From Takakia lepidozioides (Eukaryota; Plantae; Bryophyta): a stretch of DNA of 64,000 nucleotides. Below, one piece after another: positions 34,913 to 46,460 of this stretch (positions are counted from its first letter, which is position 1; each line of letters starts with the position of its first letter). The notes under the pieces are model-generated. The model was not told where the DNA came from, ran no database searches, and saw nothing but the letters and a program-made list of their open reading frames with translations. The position numbers and the translations under genes are program-made. The stretch covers positions 12,152,001-12,216,000 of the forward strand of contig CM060731.1 of NCBI GenBank assembly GCA_030704615.1, given 5' to 3'.

Positions 34913-35428
34913 TTTCCTCTTTCTATTCACCCATCCCTGCCCGGCCTCACCCTGTCCCTCCAACGCCTATGTAACCTCCTCCCCTGTTTGTCTGTGTGTG
35001 TGCATGTGTGGGTAGGTACTTCACCCTGCCAAGAGCTTTCCGAAAGAAAAAGCAAATGTTATTCCAAATGCATTGATTGACACAATGATATCCTCCGTTC
35101 TGAGATGGGTTCGAAAGATTGTGCTGCCTCGCACGCAGCTTACCAATTGCAATCCAAAGCAGTGTGATGCAAATGTGGGTCTTCCCAAGATATAAAGGAG
35201 GTGTTTGACTGGCAGTAAAAGCTCCGGTTCGCCCTCACAATTCAAAGGCAAACATCACAAGCTGCTTGATGGCAAGTGTACTGGAGTTGGCAGTCAGCAG
35301 CTTTCACATTTGACCAACGCCAAGCCCAACCCCGAGTGTTCACGTGAAGGCGCATGCGTCCGAACACTCGGCTGAGAGACGGTTGAGCTGCCGCAGTCAA
35401 AGCGTCCTGCCCTGCCCATTGCTCCAAC

Positions 35429-36039
35429 CAGTGTTGGACTGGTATCAAGTCCAATTTATACCAGTCTGGTCCTGGTATATATTGTCTCTTAAACAATGAG
35501 ATACCAGATTAGAACTGGTACCAAACATAGTTTCAAATTGATCTACCAGTAATTGATGCATTACAGTTTCATGATGCAATGGTATCAGTATAAGTATGCT
35601 TAACGTGATACCAGCAAGTAGATATAATGAATCCTGGTATTGATGAGAAGGCAGCCACGTTCAAAATAGACACACATCACATGAATCTATATACAAGTAG
35701 AACGCAGCCATTCAAACTTATGTGTCCCAGTTTCAAGTGGTGCAGCAAAATAGAAGTTGATCTACCTCAAGCCCAAAACAGTGCCTTGAAACTACATTTA
35801 GCAACACCCTACAGACAACAGTTTCACACCAAGCAAGCGAGGAGGTTGGCTTGCAGGAAACTGGTATGAATACTGGTACCCTGAATGTAATACCAAACTA
35901 GTGTGGTATCTACGCATATCTTCCAAAGACTGTATGTGGGTACCCTGGTATGGGCATGGGTATTGCCCAACCATAGAATAAAATACCAATATTGATACCA
36001 GTATATATACCAGGCCTCAGACCATATACCAGTCCAACA
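35429..36039. mobile_element. hAT-family MITE (611 bp)
   Basis: Left TIR CAGTGTTGGACTGGTAT. Right TIR ATACCAGTCCAACA lacks the terminal CTG. 8-bp TSD GCTCCAAC (35421-35428, 36040-36047). Subterminal TGGTAT/ATACCA repeats. Confidence 0.88.
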
Positions 36040-36326
36040 GCTCCAACCCAACCCACCTCTCTCTCAGTTGAAGCAACAGACTTCCTTCTAACTCAGTGTC
36101 ACCGCACATATGCAACATGATCTATCTGTACGTATGCATGAATGCAATGGAACATTTTCTAGCTTGTGCGCACCCACCAAACTCATGAGGTTCTTACTTC
36201 TTACTACATTTTATTGGATGGAGCAGGCACGGCGTACAAGAGACATAGAGGGGACAGACAGCATCATGACAACGGCCTATTATCCTCTTTTGGTTGGCAT
36301 GTGCCGTTGAGCACACAATCGTTTCA

Positions 36327-36372
36327 TCAATATATGAAGCGAGACGTTTGTTTTGTTTTGTTTTGGTTGCAG
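36327..36372 (+). mobile_element. Isolated Helitron 5' end
   Basis: A|TCAATATATGAAGCGAGACGTTTGTTTTGTTTTG is essentially identical to the 5' end of the minus-strand copy at 202. Confidence 0.7.
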
Positions 36373-37697
36373 TGGGCCTCAACAGGCCCGTGTGTCTGAA
36401 TTTCTCCGAATTAGGCAATTGACGGAGCCTACTTGCCCTAGGGCCATCTACACACTTTGGCGCATCGATTGAAGATGTAAACCAGTCATTGGTAAATCAA
36501 TCCTCGCTAGTAGCCCATGGCCTACCATCTATTTCCATTCAATTTAGCCTGGTTTTGGTTCGTTCACTGGCGAAAGTCTTAGATGATTCTTACGTGAGCG
36601 AGTGTAATTTCGGAACTCAAACCTGTATCATTGACCTTATTGAAGAACCAGAGGACGCACTTGCCGTAGATGTTGTAGATGTTGGCGGTAGTGAAGCCTT
36701 ACCTGCGTCAAACCCTCCTAGGCGCACTTGGCGGAGAAGTTGATAGATTGCTCATCCCCATGGAAGACCAGAATACCCACAACCAGAACCAGAACGCCCA
36801 GCAGATTGTCCAGACTGTCCAAATGGAGGAACAATAGACTGTCCAGATGTCGGGGCAGCAGACTGTCCAGAGCATGGACAGACTGACGGCCAACATGTCG
36901 TGCACACATAGTCTGGCAGAGTACCTCCGCCTACAGCACTCCCGGACTTGGGTGTTCAACTAGGGGAGCAGTCTGCCCATGTGCTTATTTCCAATGAGGC
37001 GGTGAAGGTTGTGCCTGCCCTCATTCGCGTCTGTTCTTTCATTTTTTTGCAACTTCACTGTTTCACTGAATTGACAGTTGTCTGGTGTCCCAACAGGGTA
37101 TTGGAGGCAACGAGCTCGGGACTCCCTTCCCCTCCCAGGGCATTCCACATCCCGGCCATGTTGCAAATGTTGGTTCCACAACCAGAAGAGGTCTAATACT
37201 GACCACGCCGCCAGATGCACGGATCAGTTCAACGCATGCGACCCGTGATGCTGCCAAGACAGGTCCTTCAAGTGTGAACAAACCTGCAAACATTGTTGTG
37301 TTGCGAAGCAGGACCGCATCACTTCGTCAGTTTGGTGAATCCAACCCAGACACATTAGTTGGACAATCCCAAAGTACAGGGAAAGCAAAAAAACAGACTG
37401 TCATAGAGTAGACTTAGGAAGTTGGGGAGGGTCCTGTTGTGAAGAAACCTGCGAAGAAAAGTGGTAAGTCCCAGATGTTCATGAACAAGGACCGGAAATT
37501 GGCATTAGAGACGGACAAAGAAGTGGCTCTTCTGCGATAGATGCACAAGTAAGTATTGTGGTTCTGCTGAGTCGTTGGAGTCTGTAGCAGAGTCCGCTAC
37601 TGTCTGCTCAGTCTGTCTGGAACAGTCTGTTGCTCAGTCTTCTTCTCTGCTTTGTCAGTCTGCTCACTCGTGTGGCTCTGTTGCGTCGTTTCACACG

Positions 37698-37850
37698 CTA
37701 GCCATATCCTGCGATTAGCGTGTTCCATGAGACAACATTACGTTCAGCCATGTTGTCAAACTCTCCTTTCACAACTTTGATGCTGTCACATTTGGCATAC
37801 ATGTCCACCAGGGTATTGTTCGCAATGACATCTGGTTCAATTCCAGCTTT
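37698..37850 (-). pseudogene. PLS-PPR gene fragment (end of L, full S, start of P motif)
   Basis: Reads KAGIEPDVIANNTLVDMYAKCDSIKVVKGEFDNMAERNVVSWNTLIAGYG*, the same motif style as the PPR genes at 46.7 and 57 kb. Confidence 0.85.
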
Positions 37851-38085
37851 GGTGTTCGACGAGTGGTTGAACCCACTCAGTTTTGGGTTAGTGTCCATAC
37901 TAAAGTGGAACCCGACATGCGAAAAGAACCCAGAGGCAACACATTCCTGAATAGTACCGTGTGTGCACCATCCTCACAATCCTTTTGTACAATCATTGCA
38001 TGTGTGTTGCCATTTTTGTTTCCCACCTACTGTGATTTCATGCTTGCAGAAGTGGATGGATACCGATTTTGAATTTTATGTCCAG

Positions 38086-38821
38086 GTATCAATGCTGCAA
38101 CGGTCCGGATGACAAACGCACCAATAATGCAATAGTGGAGGATCCAAAACTGAAGCGAGGAGGACCTCTTGTGGGTGCTGGAACATCTCACCCTCATAAA
38201 GGCCCAAGGAGAAAGAAGTCGGAGTATGGAGAGTCTTACAAGCGTGGTTGCCAATGTTGTTTCAAGGTCCAGCAAAGTTACCTCGTCATCGACATATGTG
38301 TCCTCACGTACTACAGCAACATGGAGCATACAGATGCCAAAGGGAAAGCCTTGCATGGGAAGTCGGCTGAGTTCAGGAACACCCGCCACGCCTATGCACC
38401 ACACATTAATGAGGAATTGAAAGCCTGGGTCGTCGAATGTTTGTGCCAAGGCCTGTTTGTCGTCCAAATCATGATGGAACATAAAGAGTATGTCATGAAC
38501 AACACTGGGTTGGGAGATGCATGGACACGAGATGATTTTATGTTGGAGCAAGATGTCCGCAACCTAGCCAAGAAGTGGGTGTGGTTAACCTTCAACAAAC
38601 ACGCCGATGATGCGGAGAGTGTGCGCATGTGGAAAGACCAGAATCCGAAATCGGTCTTCTTATATCAAGAAGAGAATTTGGCGCCAACATACAAGCATTT
38701 TGATGGTGATTTGACTTTTACAATTGGCATTCAGACTCATTGGCAAAGACGACAAATGCTGGAATTAGGACATGTCTGTATCGTTGCATGCGATGCAACC
38801 TTTGGGACAAATCATGACAAT
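38086..38821 (+). pseudogene. MULE transposase exon (family of SWIM-zinc-finger At4g13970/At1g60560-like proteins), truncated
   Basis: Reads YQCCNGPDD...KRGCQCCFKV...HTDAKGKALHG...YAPHINEEL...TRDDFMLEQDVRNL...DDAESVRMW...FTIGIQTHWQRRQMLELGH..IVACDATFGTN. It contains the first catalytic D and is bounded by AG and GT. Later DDE and SWIM exons are absent. Confidence 0.8.
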
Positions 38822-39386
38822 GTATTATTCATTCGATTGCATAGACTTGTGGGAGCATGATAGCATAGTACCATACAGCATTGGCGTAGAAATTGTGTGT
38901 GCCATCGCTGATCCTCTCTGTATGTTTTCATGTGTACTTTGCGAAAGACTGAGTCTTGTCGTGCACAACTTGCCAGACTTTGCGTGCTCTGACCATTTGT
39001 CATTGTCCATTCGAACAGTTCCCACTGTACACGTTTGCCCAAGCCTTACGGACATGCCAAAGGCACAGGAATATGAGTACTCCGTCAAAAATAATTCTGC
39101 ACAACACACATATGTACATTAGACTCTTGAGAGGGGACTGCATCAGTGGACTGTGCTAGCAGATTGGGACAACGGACAGACAGAATGGAGTGCCCTACTG
39201 GACAGTACAATGCAATAACCTTCACTCGACGACTAACCAGTAGGACTAACTAGGAGCACTGTCGAGTGTACTTTCCTGGCGGACTGTACTAGCGGACTGC
39301 AGCAGTGGACTAACGTTCTGCATTGTCCAGTGGATTGACCCAGTGGACTTCAACAATGGACCGGCGTTGCGGGACAGCAAACTTAC

Positions 39387-39570
39387 CAAATTGCGTTTAT
39401 TTCTGCCTCGTCTACCAAACTCTCCTCTCCAAGGATAAAATCATCAACTCTATCCCAAGTATGTAGACCTTCCGAACATTCAATCGCACACCCATATACC
39501 CATATTGCGTGTCACTCTTCCAATGGAGGTCCTTCCTATTGAAGGGTCTTGGTTTTGGTGTTTGCAAACA
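39387..39570 (-). pseudogene. N-terminal exon of the same MULE transposase family, opposite strand
   Basis: Reads LQTPKPRPFNRKDLHW...VYI/TWDRVDDFILGEES...|GTAAG with a frameshift. It matches the recalled N-terminal F...DL.W...IP..RVDDF..GE motif of this family. Confidence 0.6.
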
Positions 39571-40673
39571 TTATCGAAGAGGCCGTATTAGCGGGCTTTC
39601 CGTTTCCAGTATGTCATGGCCTTCTGCTTGCCCATATACAGTACAAATGACACGCTTCAAAACCTGCAAGAAACGCGCCGCAGTACCCTGGACACGATTG
39701 ACAACGTGCAAGGAGCAATAGTGCGCACGTTCGCGGCTGCTGGCAAGTGCCAGGCGGCAGGGATAAGGTTTGAATTCATGCCCTAAAATTGGAGGGCTCA
39801 GATGGGATTTAGGCACGGATGGTCCAGATCCGGCCTCATCAGCGGACTGGAAGTTGGGGGACAGGTGCAGCGGATTGGCCGGCAGACTGGCGGACGGGCA
39901 GACTGGAGGGAAGCGGACTCATGGGCAGCGGACTGGCGGGCAAACTGGCAGAGTGGACGTGAGGGGGGGCGCGGGCGGAGCTTTAGCGGGGCGGGGTGAG
40001 CGGGCATGGCTGGGCGACCGCGTAGAAGGGGGGAGAGCGGGCGTCCGTGTGCGGGGCCCACCGCTCAGCTCGCGCGTGCGCCATAACAACGCTAATATTG
40101 TAAAATGAGAGGCGTAGGAGTACACTCTAATTTATTTAAGAGGCTATTGTGGTTCCATTTCCTTGATGGTGGATGGATTGGTGGTTGATGGAATATGATT
40201 ACTTCCCTTAGGGTCCTTGACACAAATATCTCCCCTGAGATGTAGTGCATTTCTATGTTCATGATGTAGTGCTCTAGAAAGCCCTCACACGGGCATCAAT
40301 CTGCTGTGTGCAAGGAGCCCAACAGGACCAGGGTGTTAGAATGAGCTGATAAGAGGTAAGAAAGCATGAAGAAATTTGGTAATTGGTGAAGTAAACTTCC
40401 CACGTTGATTGAATTAGAATGTGATCCACCTACTGATAGTGTGCCCAATACAGTGCAGTATTTCCACATCCTTAAAGAGAAATTCAAGTCCAGATTATGC
40501 TTCTATGAAATGGCACTACAACTTAGAATAGTGTACCAACAGTTTATCAATTTATCTATATGGGGTAATCAGCTTAACCTTGAGACCTCCAAAGAGGTCC
40601 ATGGCTAGCACACGTCCCTGTCTCAACTGGACAACACTCTTGCATGAGCCAGTTGATCTTACATGAATGACTT

Positions 40674-43600
40674 CTAAAGACTACCAGCAAGGTCCACTAT
40701 GTTGTAGTAGAAATAGGATGGCGCTCTATTAGAGCGTCCATGCATATTTTGGGGCTTGAAGCCTCTGTAGCGCCCTTCCGCACATGCAATGCAAACCTCC
40801 ACCATTTTTTTCCACACAGTCATTTCCTGGAAAATTGCCTGTGCCTTGAAATCTGACAGAGGGATCCACTGACCACATCCATAGCACAAGGAACAATAAT
40901 TTGTAAGCTGCATAGGTGATGGAAGGATGTGAACAAAAGCATGGATACAGAAATGTTAAAGTGTTGACTTCTGGAGGAAGTCTACAAAAAGCAAGTCTCT
41001 ATCAAACCCATTCCCTCTGAGAACACTGTTTGACAGGCATCCAACCCCATGCCTCTTCCCCTCTTGCAACCTTTCTTATCCTCCTCTCCCATAAACTGGA
41101 AAACAAACATCAACCTTGATGCTGGCACATGACAAAAGATGATTTCCAATGAACACTAGAGATACCTGGGCAGCTGCAATTTCTGAGTCTTGCTTGACAA
41201 TTTGTGATGAAAGGGGGCGGAGTATACATAAAAAAAATAGATCCGACTTTTCAAATGCTAAAAGATGCCCTTGCCTGCATTTATAGTGGCCCAAGAAGTA
41301 TTAGTTCAAGACGTGCTGACAGGATAGCGAAAGAATGACTAATGTGCAATTAAATGATAGGGTGCACACCTGAATCCTACCAACTCGACAAAATCCGCAT
41401 CAATCTGCAATCCCCTTGCACGATTCAATCAGGGCCAATGTTAAAAAACCATCCATTCCTGATAATCTCTTTCCGATCCCTGGTCAGATCTTTCAAATCC
41501 ACCAATGCTACCAATGTTTCTAATATCTCTATCTCCACTTGGAAAAAATCAAACAACACCAAGAGAAGGAGGAAACAACAACTTTATGCCAGATATTGCA
41601 GTCAATGCCTAACCAAACTTGAAAATAGTGTATAATTTTCCAGAAAACACAATTGGTCCTGGTTTGATCTGCCGCTTCAAACATAATGACTAAAGAACGA
41701 CACCAGAGGAAGAGGGGGATGACAGTGGACAGGGGAAGAGAGAATAGTCACATACTCCTGTTTCTTCCTTCACCTCTCTGATAGCTCCCTCAAAGATATC
41801 CTCTCCCTGCATGTGAAAGTGGCAGGTTACCACTCGATTACTATTGGCATTCCCAGAATTGAATGTTGTTCTAAGCTGCTACTTTCCAGAACAAATGATG
41901 GAACATGTTGTGCACATTTTTTAAGCGGTAAAACTGCTCTCACCACTGTGAGGCCATGATGCTGGTGATTGTCGATTGTTGAGAAGCCTCAGGACTCACC
42001 TTCCTTATAAATGGTAAGAAGTTGAGAAATGCAGTTTGGTAGCCCACAATGGTCCCCCCACACTGATGTCTAATTGAAAATACCAAGTTACGCATGATTG
42101 TTGACATTGCAGAAACATGTGTTCCACATCCGAAGTACAACCACACCTTAGGGAAGCAATTGACAAACCTGGTTAAGCAGACCTGTAGGCAGCTTCCATA
42201 TTTCCAATCCCTTCAAAGGGCCATTCCTTTCTTGTACTGCCAATACCTGCCCAAAAATCTTACAACTGTTCCTCATAAACTTTCTCTTCTCACCCCCCCA
42301 CCACCCTGTGCCCCATGCAATCCCTTGTTCCCACCCTCAAATTCCCTCCTGCTTCCTTTGCCCATAATCTCCTAAGAAAAACCTTGTATTGTTGTATGAT
42401 CCATCTCCAAGTGAAATGCAATATGTAGATTGACACATCACATCACTCAGACTCGTCATAAATCCATTTATCCATCAGTTTATATGAAATATATGCAATC
42501 AGTTAGGTAACATCCAGAAGTTTCATCTCAACAAATTGACTAAACCAGATAGTCAACAAGATACTAACGATACCTCCTCTTTGTCATTGAGAATAAATGC
42601 ACCAACCCCAACTTGATGCGACGCATTTGCTGGAAGAGTGCAAGGTGTCTGTGGAAGCCAGCAGATGAGCATCACGTATGTGGGCTCTGCGTGGTGATAT
42701 CTGAAGCCTGCCTGCCATGCAATTCCATTGGTTACCGGATAGAGACTCTTTACAAAGATGCCACCTGGTTGATACAAATCTGAGAGAGATACTTAGAAGA
42801 GCTAAGATAGCACATATGACAAGAAGGTTTGCTACAGTTCTATACATTGTTATGAACCAAGATTTTGACCGAATTTGATCATAGTCGTCACGCTGTCATT
42901 CCCATCCCTGTCATCCCACTTACTGCCTTGAGAACCTATGTGTTACTTTCGTGTCCAAGCAACTGGGTCAGCCACTGACGCAATTGATAATGCCAAAACC
43001 AATGGTCGGGAAGGTGTGGTAGGGAAGTAAGCATGTTCTGATGGAGGATCCCACTAAGGTGCAGGGGACACAGCAATCTGCTTGGGGCCTTGCAAAGTGA
43101 CTATGAGAGGGGATAGAAAAGTTGGACGAGGCTGAGGGTTTCTTATGCAGGAACAGGAAGAGGGCCGTGGAGTTGTGGAGATGAGGCAAGAACAGCAGTC
43201 ATGGAGACAGAGGCACTGATCAAACACATGCAAAGACAGGTGATTAACCTGTAATAGGAGCCGGAGGCATTGATAACTGACGCCCAGAAGAAAGGAGAAG
43301 GTTCCCATTCAGTGCAAAGCTGAGAGAGGCTGAGGAATAGGTTGGGATTCTTCCTGCAACCTCTCTCGGTTGGGCATGTAGTCACTGTGAATGAGACAAA
43401 CATTAGGGGTCAAGGTGGTGATACATCTCTACTCTTAAGAAATCCAGGACTAGAAAGTGGCAGTTACTCAAGTAATATGCACTCGATGCAACGTTCTCAC
43501 CTCAATTGCAGGAGGCACGAAATTGGACTTTTTGGTCAGCAATTTCAGCCAAACTCCTTTGCGGTTCTGCCCAATCCCAAATGTAATGCAAGTTCAGCCA

Positions 43601-44995
43601 ACCATGAAATGTGGCCCTCATGCCTTTCCTTCCTTCCAACTGATACATGACAGATATGACACTGATTGCTAACCCACGTCATCACAAACTTAAAATGTGA
43701 GGGTTCAATCATCCTGAACGTACTCAAAACACATAGTCTTTCAAAAGCTTACATCACTGTAGACTGCATCTCAAAAACTAGTACGACATCCCACCGAACT
43801 TATTCCCACATTATATTTTCCAAGTCAAAAGAAGACCGGAGCAAATAATACATATCCATTAAGGTCCACATTAGCCAGGAATCCCAGAAAGATTAAGCTT
43901 TCTCTGAATACATTCCAGTCGCCAACACTTCCTCAGGAAAGCTCCAATGGCTATTTGAGCATTTACTGCCATTCAAAAACTCCGAGCATGATTTTATGTA
44001 CTTTTCTTCCTAGCACTAGAGATCCAGCATTGAGAGAGGGGCGCACATACCTGAGATCTCCAATGAGCAAGGGATGCCCTCAAAGAGTCCACAAAGGTGG
44101 AAACATCCGATGGCAAGCTGCTGGGGTCCACAATGACCCCTTCATACTTGTCCAGATTTGCTTTCAATAGGACTGAATCAACAGCTCCAATGTCTGTTGA
44201 AATAGCTCCTTTGAGCATGTGGGATGTTCCCTGGGCTTGATCTGCTAGACTTTCGTCCTCTGGTGGAAGAGGTGCCACACCGAGTGATGCATTTTGTAGG
44301 GACATCCTTGGCCCTTCCAGATACCTCTGAGAGTTGAATGTTGGGAGACCAAGTGTGCTCGCTACAACCAGAAAGGAAACTGACAGCTCATAAGAACAAA
44401 CATCTCCAATTTGTCAGACTTACGATGGGGTGGTCTCTAGGGGCAACCATAATAAAATCTGACAGCATGACTCCCACCCACCAGTCCCCTGTTACTGTTG
44501 CCAAGAAACATCCACTGAATCAATTAAGAATGTGGTCAATACTGCTACACCTTCCTACAAGATCAACTTTCACTTGATATTATGGACGCTGATTTGAAGG
44601 TAGGCTTGCACGTATCTTGGGATGTACACGTATCCCCACAAGTGATTGAAGATATGAGAGATTAAACTCACATGTGCACTGCTCTGGTGGAGCTCACGTC
44701 AGAGTTACGGATCATAATCACTGCAATTGAATTCAGAGCTAGAGTTACCCATTTGCAGCTGATTGGCTAACCGAACTGCCCGTGAGGACACAGTCATTCA
44801 CCTCGAATCCTCAACTTAGACCGATAAGGAGGGCACCCAACATCACACACCTCTACTCAGTCACAACATCTAGGAAGACAGAAGTCAAGCACACCTGGCG
44901 TTGCAGCCAGAAGCCGAAGAGGAGGAGGACCAGACGCAGCTACACCATGCGAGAGGCCCAAACGATGGCCTAGCAGCTGCAGGGGAGACTTGCAT
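40674..44995 (-). CDS. Nudix hydrolase, NUDT6 / AtNUDX2-10 (FGFTNE) type
   Basis: Exons read DKYEGVIVD...LRASLAHWRSQ|NRKGVWLKL...PAIE|AGFRYHHAEPTYVML..WLP...LPANASHQVGVGAF|VLAVQE...WKLPTG|GEDIFEGAIREVKEETG (Nudix box)|..|FEKSDLFFLC.LRPLS...EIAAAQ|WIPL...GSL*. The 5' exons upstream of about 44330 and the start at 44995 are tentative. Confidence 0.9.
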
Positions 44996-45110
44996 GCACA
45001 CATAGGTACCCAGAAAGCATAGGAGAATTCACTGTGCTCTTTCTATAGACTTTGCGCTTTTAAGATTCCTGTTTTGAGATTAATAGATTGGACTTGCCAA
45101 AGTAGTCTAA

Positions 45111-45761
45111 GGCCCGTTTCAGACTGGCGACCGGACAAAACGCCTTGAAAAAGTGTTGGTCCACCCCTTCGTCCCCTTCAGAGATGCCATGTCATCACTA
45201 ATCACCGACAAACTGTTCATAACCACCGTTTTCAGACTACGTAGCGGACAAGATGACAGAGAGTGAACAAAAACAGCCCCCCTCGCCACTGCACTTGAAG
45301 TTTCAATAATCCCTCCATTTCCTGGTGCTCTCATCAGTTTAAGAGATGCAATTCTCGTCTACACAGACAGAACACCTTACACAGTTAGGTAGAGAGGCTT
45401 TGAAACACGCTCTTCTTGCAACATTGGCTCTTCAGATTTCTCTCTTCTTTGTGTTGGAACGAAGGTATTAGAACCCTACCGTCCATCACCAGAGGAACAC
45501 TAAAACTTGACTGGCTTAAGAGGGCCTTAAGAAAATATCGTTGTTTTGGGGTTCCTTTCCAATTTGGTCTTCGGATTCCACAGTTGCACACAGTGAAGCA
45601 ACCGCCATACTTCCCAAATCTTGCTTGCCTTGTCCGCTGAGTTGTGAGTGTGTTGGGTGATGACTCGGCATTCTTGTCCAGTGGACAAAACTGTGTGTGG
45701 AAACGTGTAGCGCACCAAATTCAACCATAACTTTTGTCCGGTCGCTAGTCTGAAACTGGTC
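45111..45761. mobile_element. PIF/Harbinger Tourist-like MITE (651 bp)
   Basis: 30-bp TIRs match at 27/30 (GGCCCGTTTCAGACTGGCGACCGGACAAAA / TTTTGTCCGGTCGCTAGTCTGAAACTGGTC). TAA TSD at 45108-45110 and 45762-45764. Confidence 0.92.
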
Positions 45762-46460
45762 TAATCACAGAATGGGTAATCAGAGTTTGGGGTTCTCTTC
45801 CACCAACAGCTACTTAGAAGGGGCCTAAGATTACCACAACCATATTGAAAGGTAATGCGTCATATCCCCTCGGATCTGAACTTTTAGCTGACCATGCTGT
45901 TGCTGATCGACAATCACAATTTTTCGTTGGACTAGTGAACTACGATGTGTGAATGACGCCAACTCTGAGGATTGCCGAAGCTGCCATTTTTGTGCCTCAA
46001 TGGCAAGTTTTAGTGCAGCCATGTTACTCCAGTCCCAGAATTTGTGTTCGGGATCTTTGTACTTTGAAACGACAAACGATTCTTCAAATGGTGAGATTCA
46101 GTCGAATATGAAGTGCTCCAACAGCTTACGTTTTCGTCATATTCTCTTGCAGCCCAAGAAATGAGCGTAGAAGGACTTCGGTGGTGGAAGTTCATGTCAG
46201 ACGGTGGGACGAAGGCTTTGATAAGGTGATCCAACCTGTGTTAACCGTGCTATCATTCTTAGGTCTCGAGGATTACAGGTTTCTGGCTCCGAAACTATCC
46301 TCGTGATATCGTCTTGGGATGTTGTGGACGGGAACAAGGTTTTAAAGCTTCAAAACATCTGGATTTTAAGCATAAGCATACAGAAGAGGCCATACGTATT
46401 AAAATTTTGTCGAAGCCGTCTTTGGGTTTGCAGAGCGATCGTGGGTCTACATTCTGTTGG

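Larger units (their letters stand above)
36700..40127. mobile_element. Rearranged MULE (Mutator-like) element remnant
   Basis: Transposase pieces lie on both strands. GGACTG/CAGTCC/CAGACTGTCCAG repeat tracts occur at 36.8, 37.6, 39.2 and 39.9 kb. A GC-rich terminal region ends ...TAGGAGTACACTC (40127) before an AT-rich flank. No left TIR was found, so boundaries are approximate. Confidence 0.55.

Noticed and set aside
36288-36318. Minus-strand hairpin TGTGCTCAACGGCACA resembling the Helitron 3' hairpin
   Set aside because: It is not followed by CTRR and has no adjoining Helitron body, so it cannot be called a terminus.
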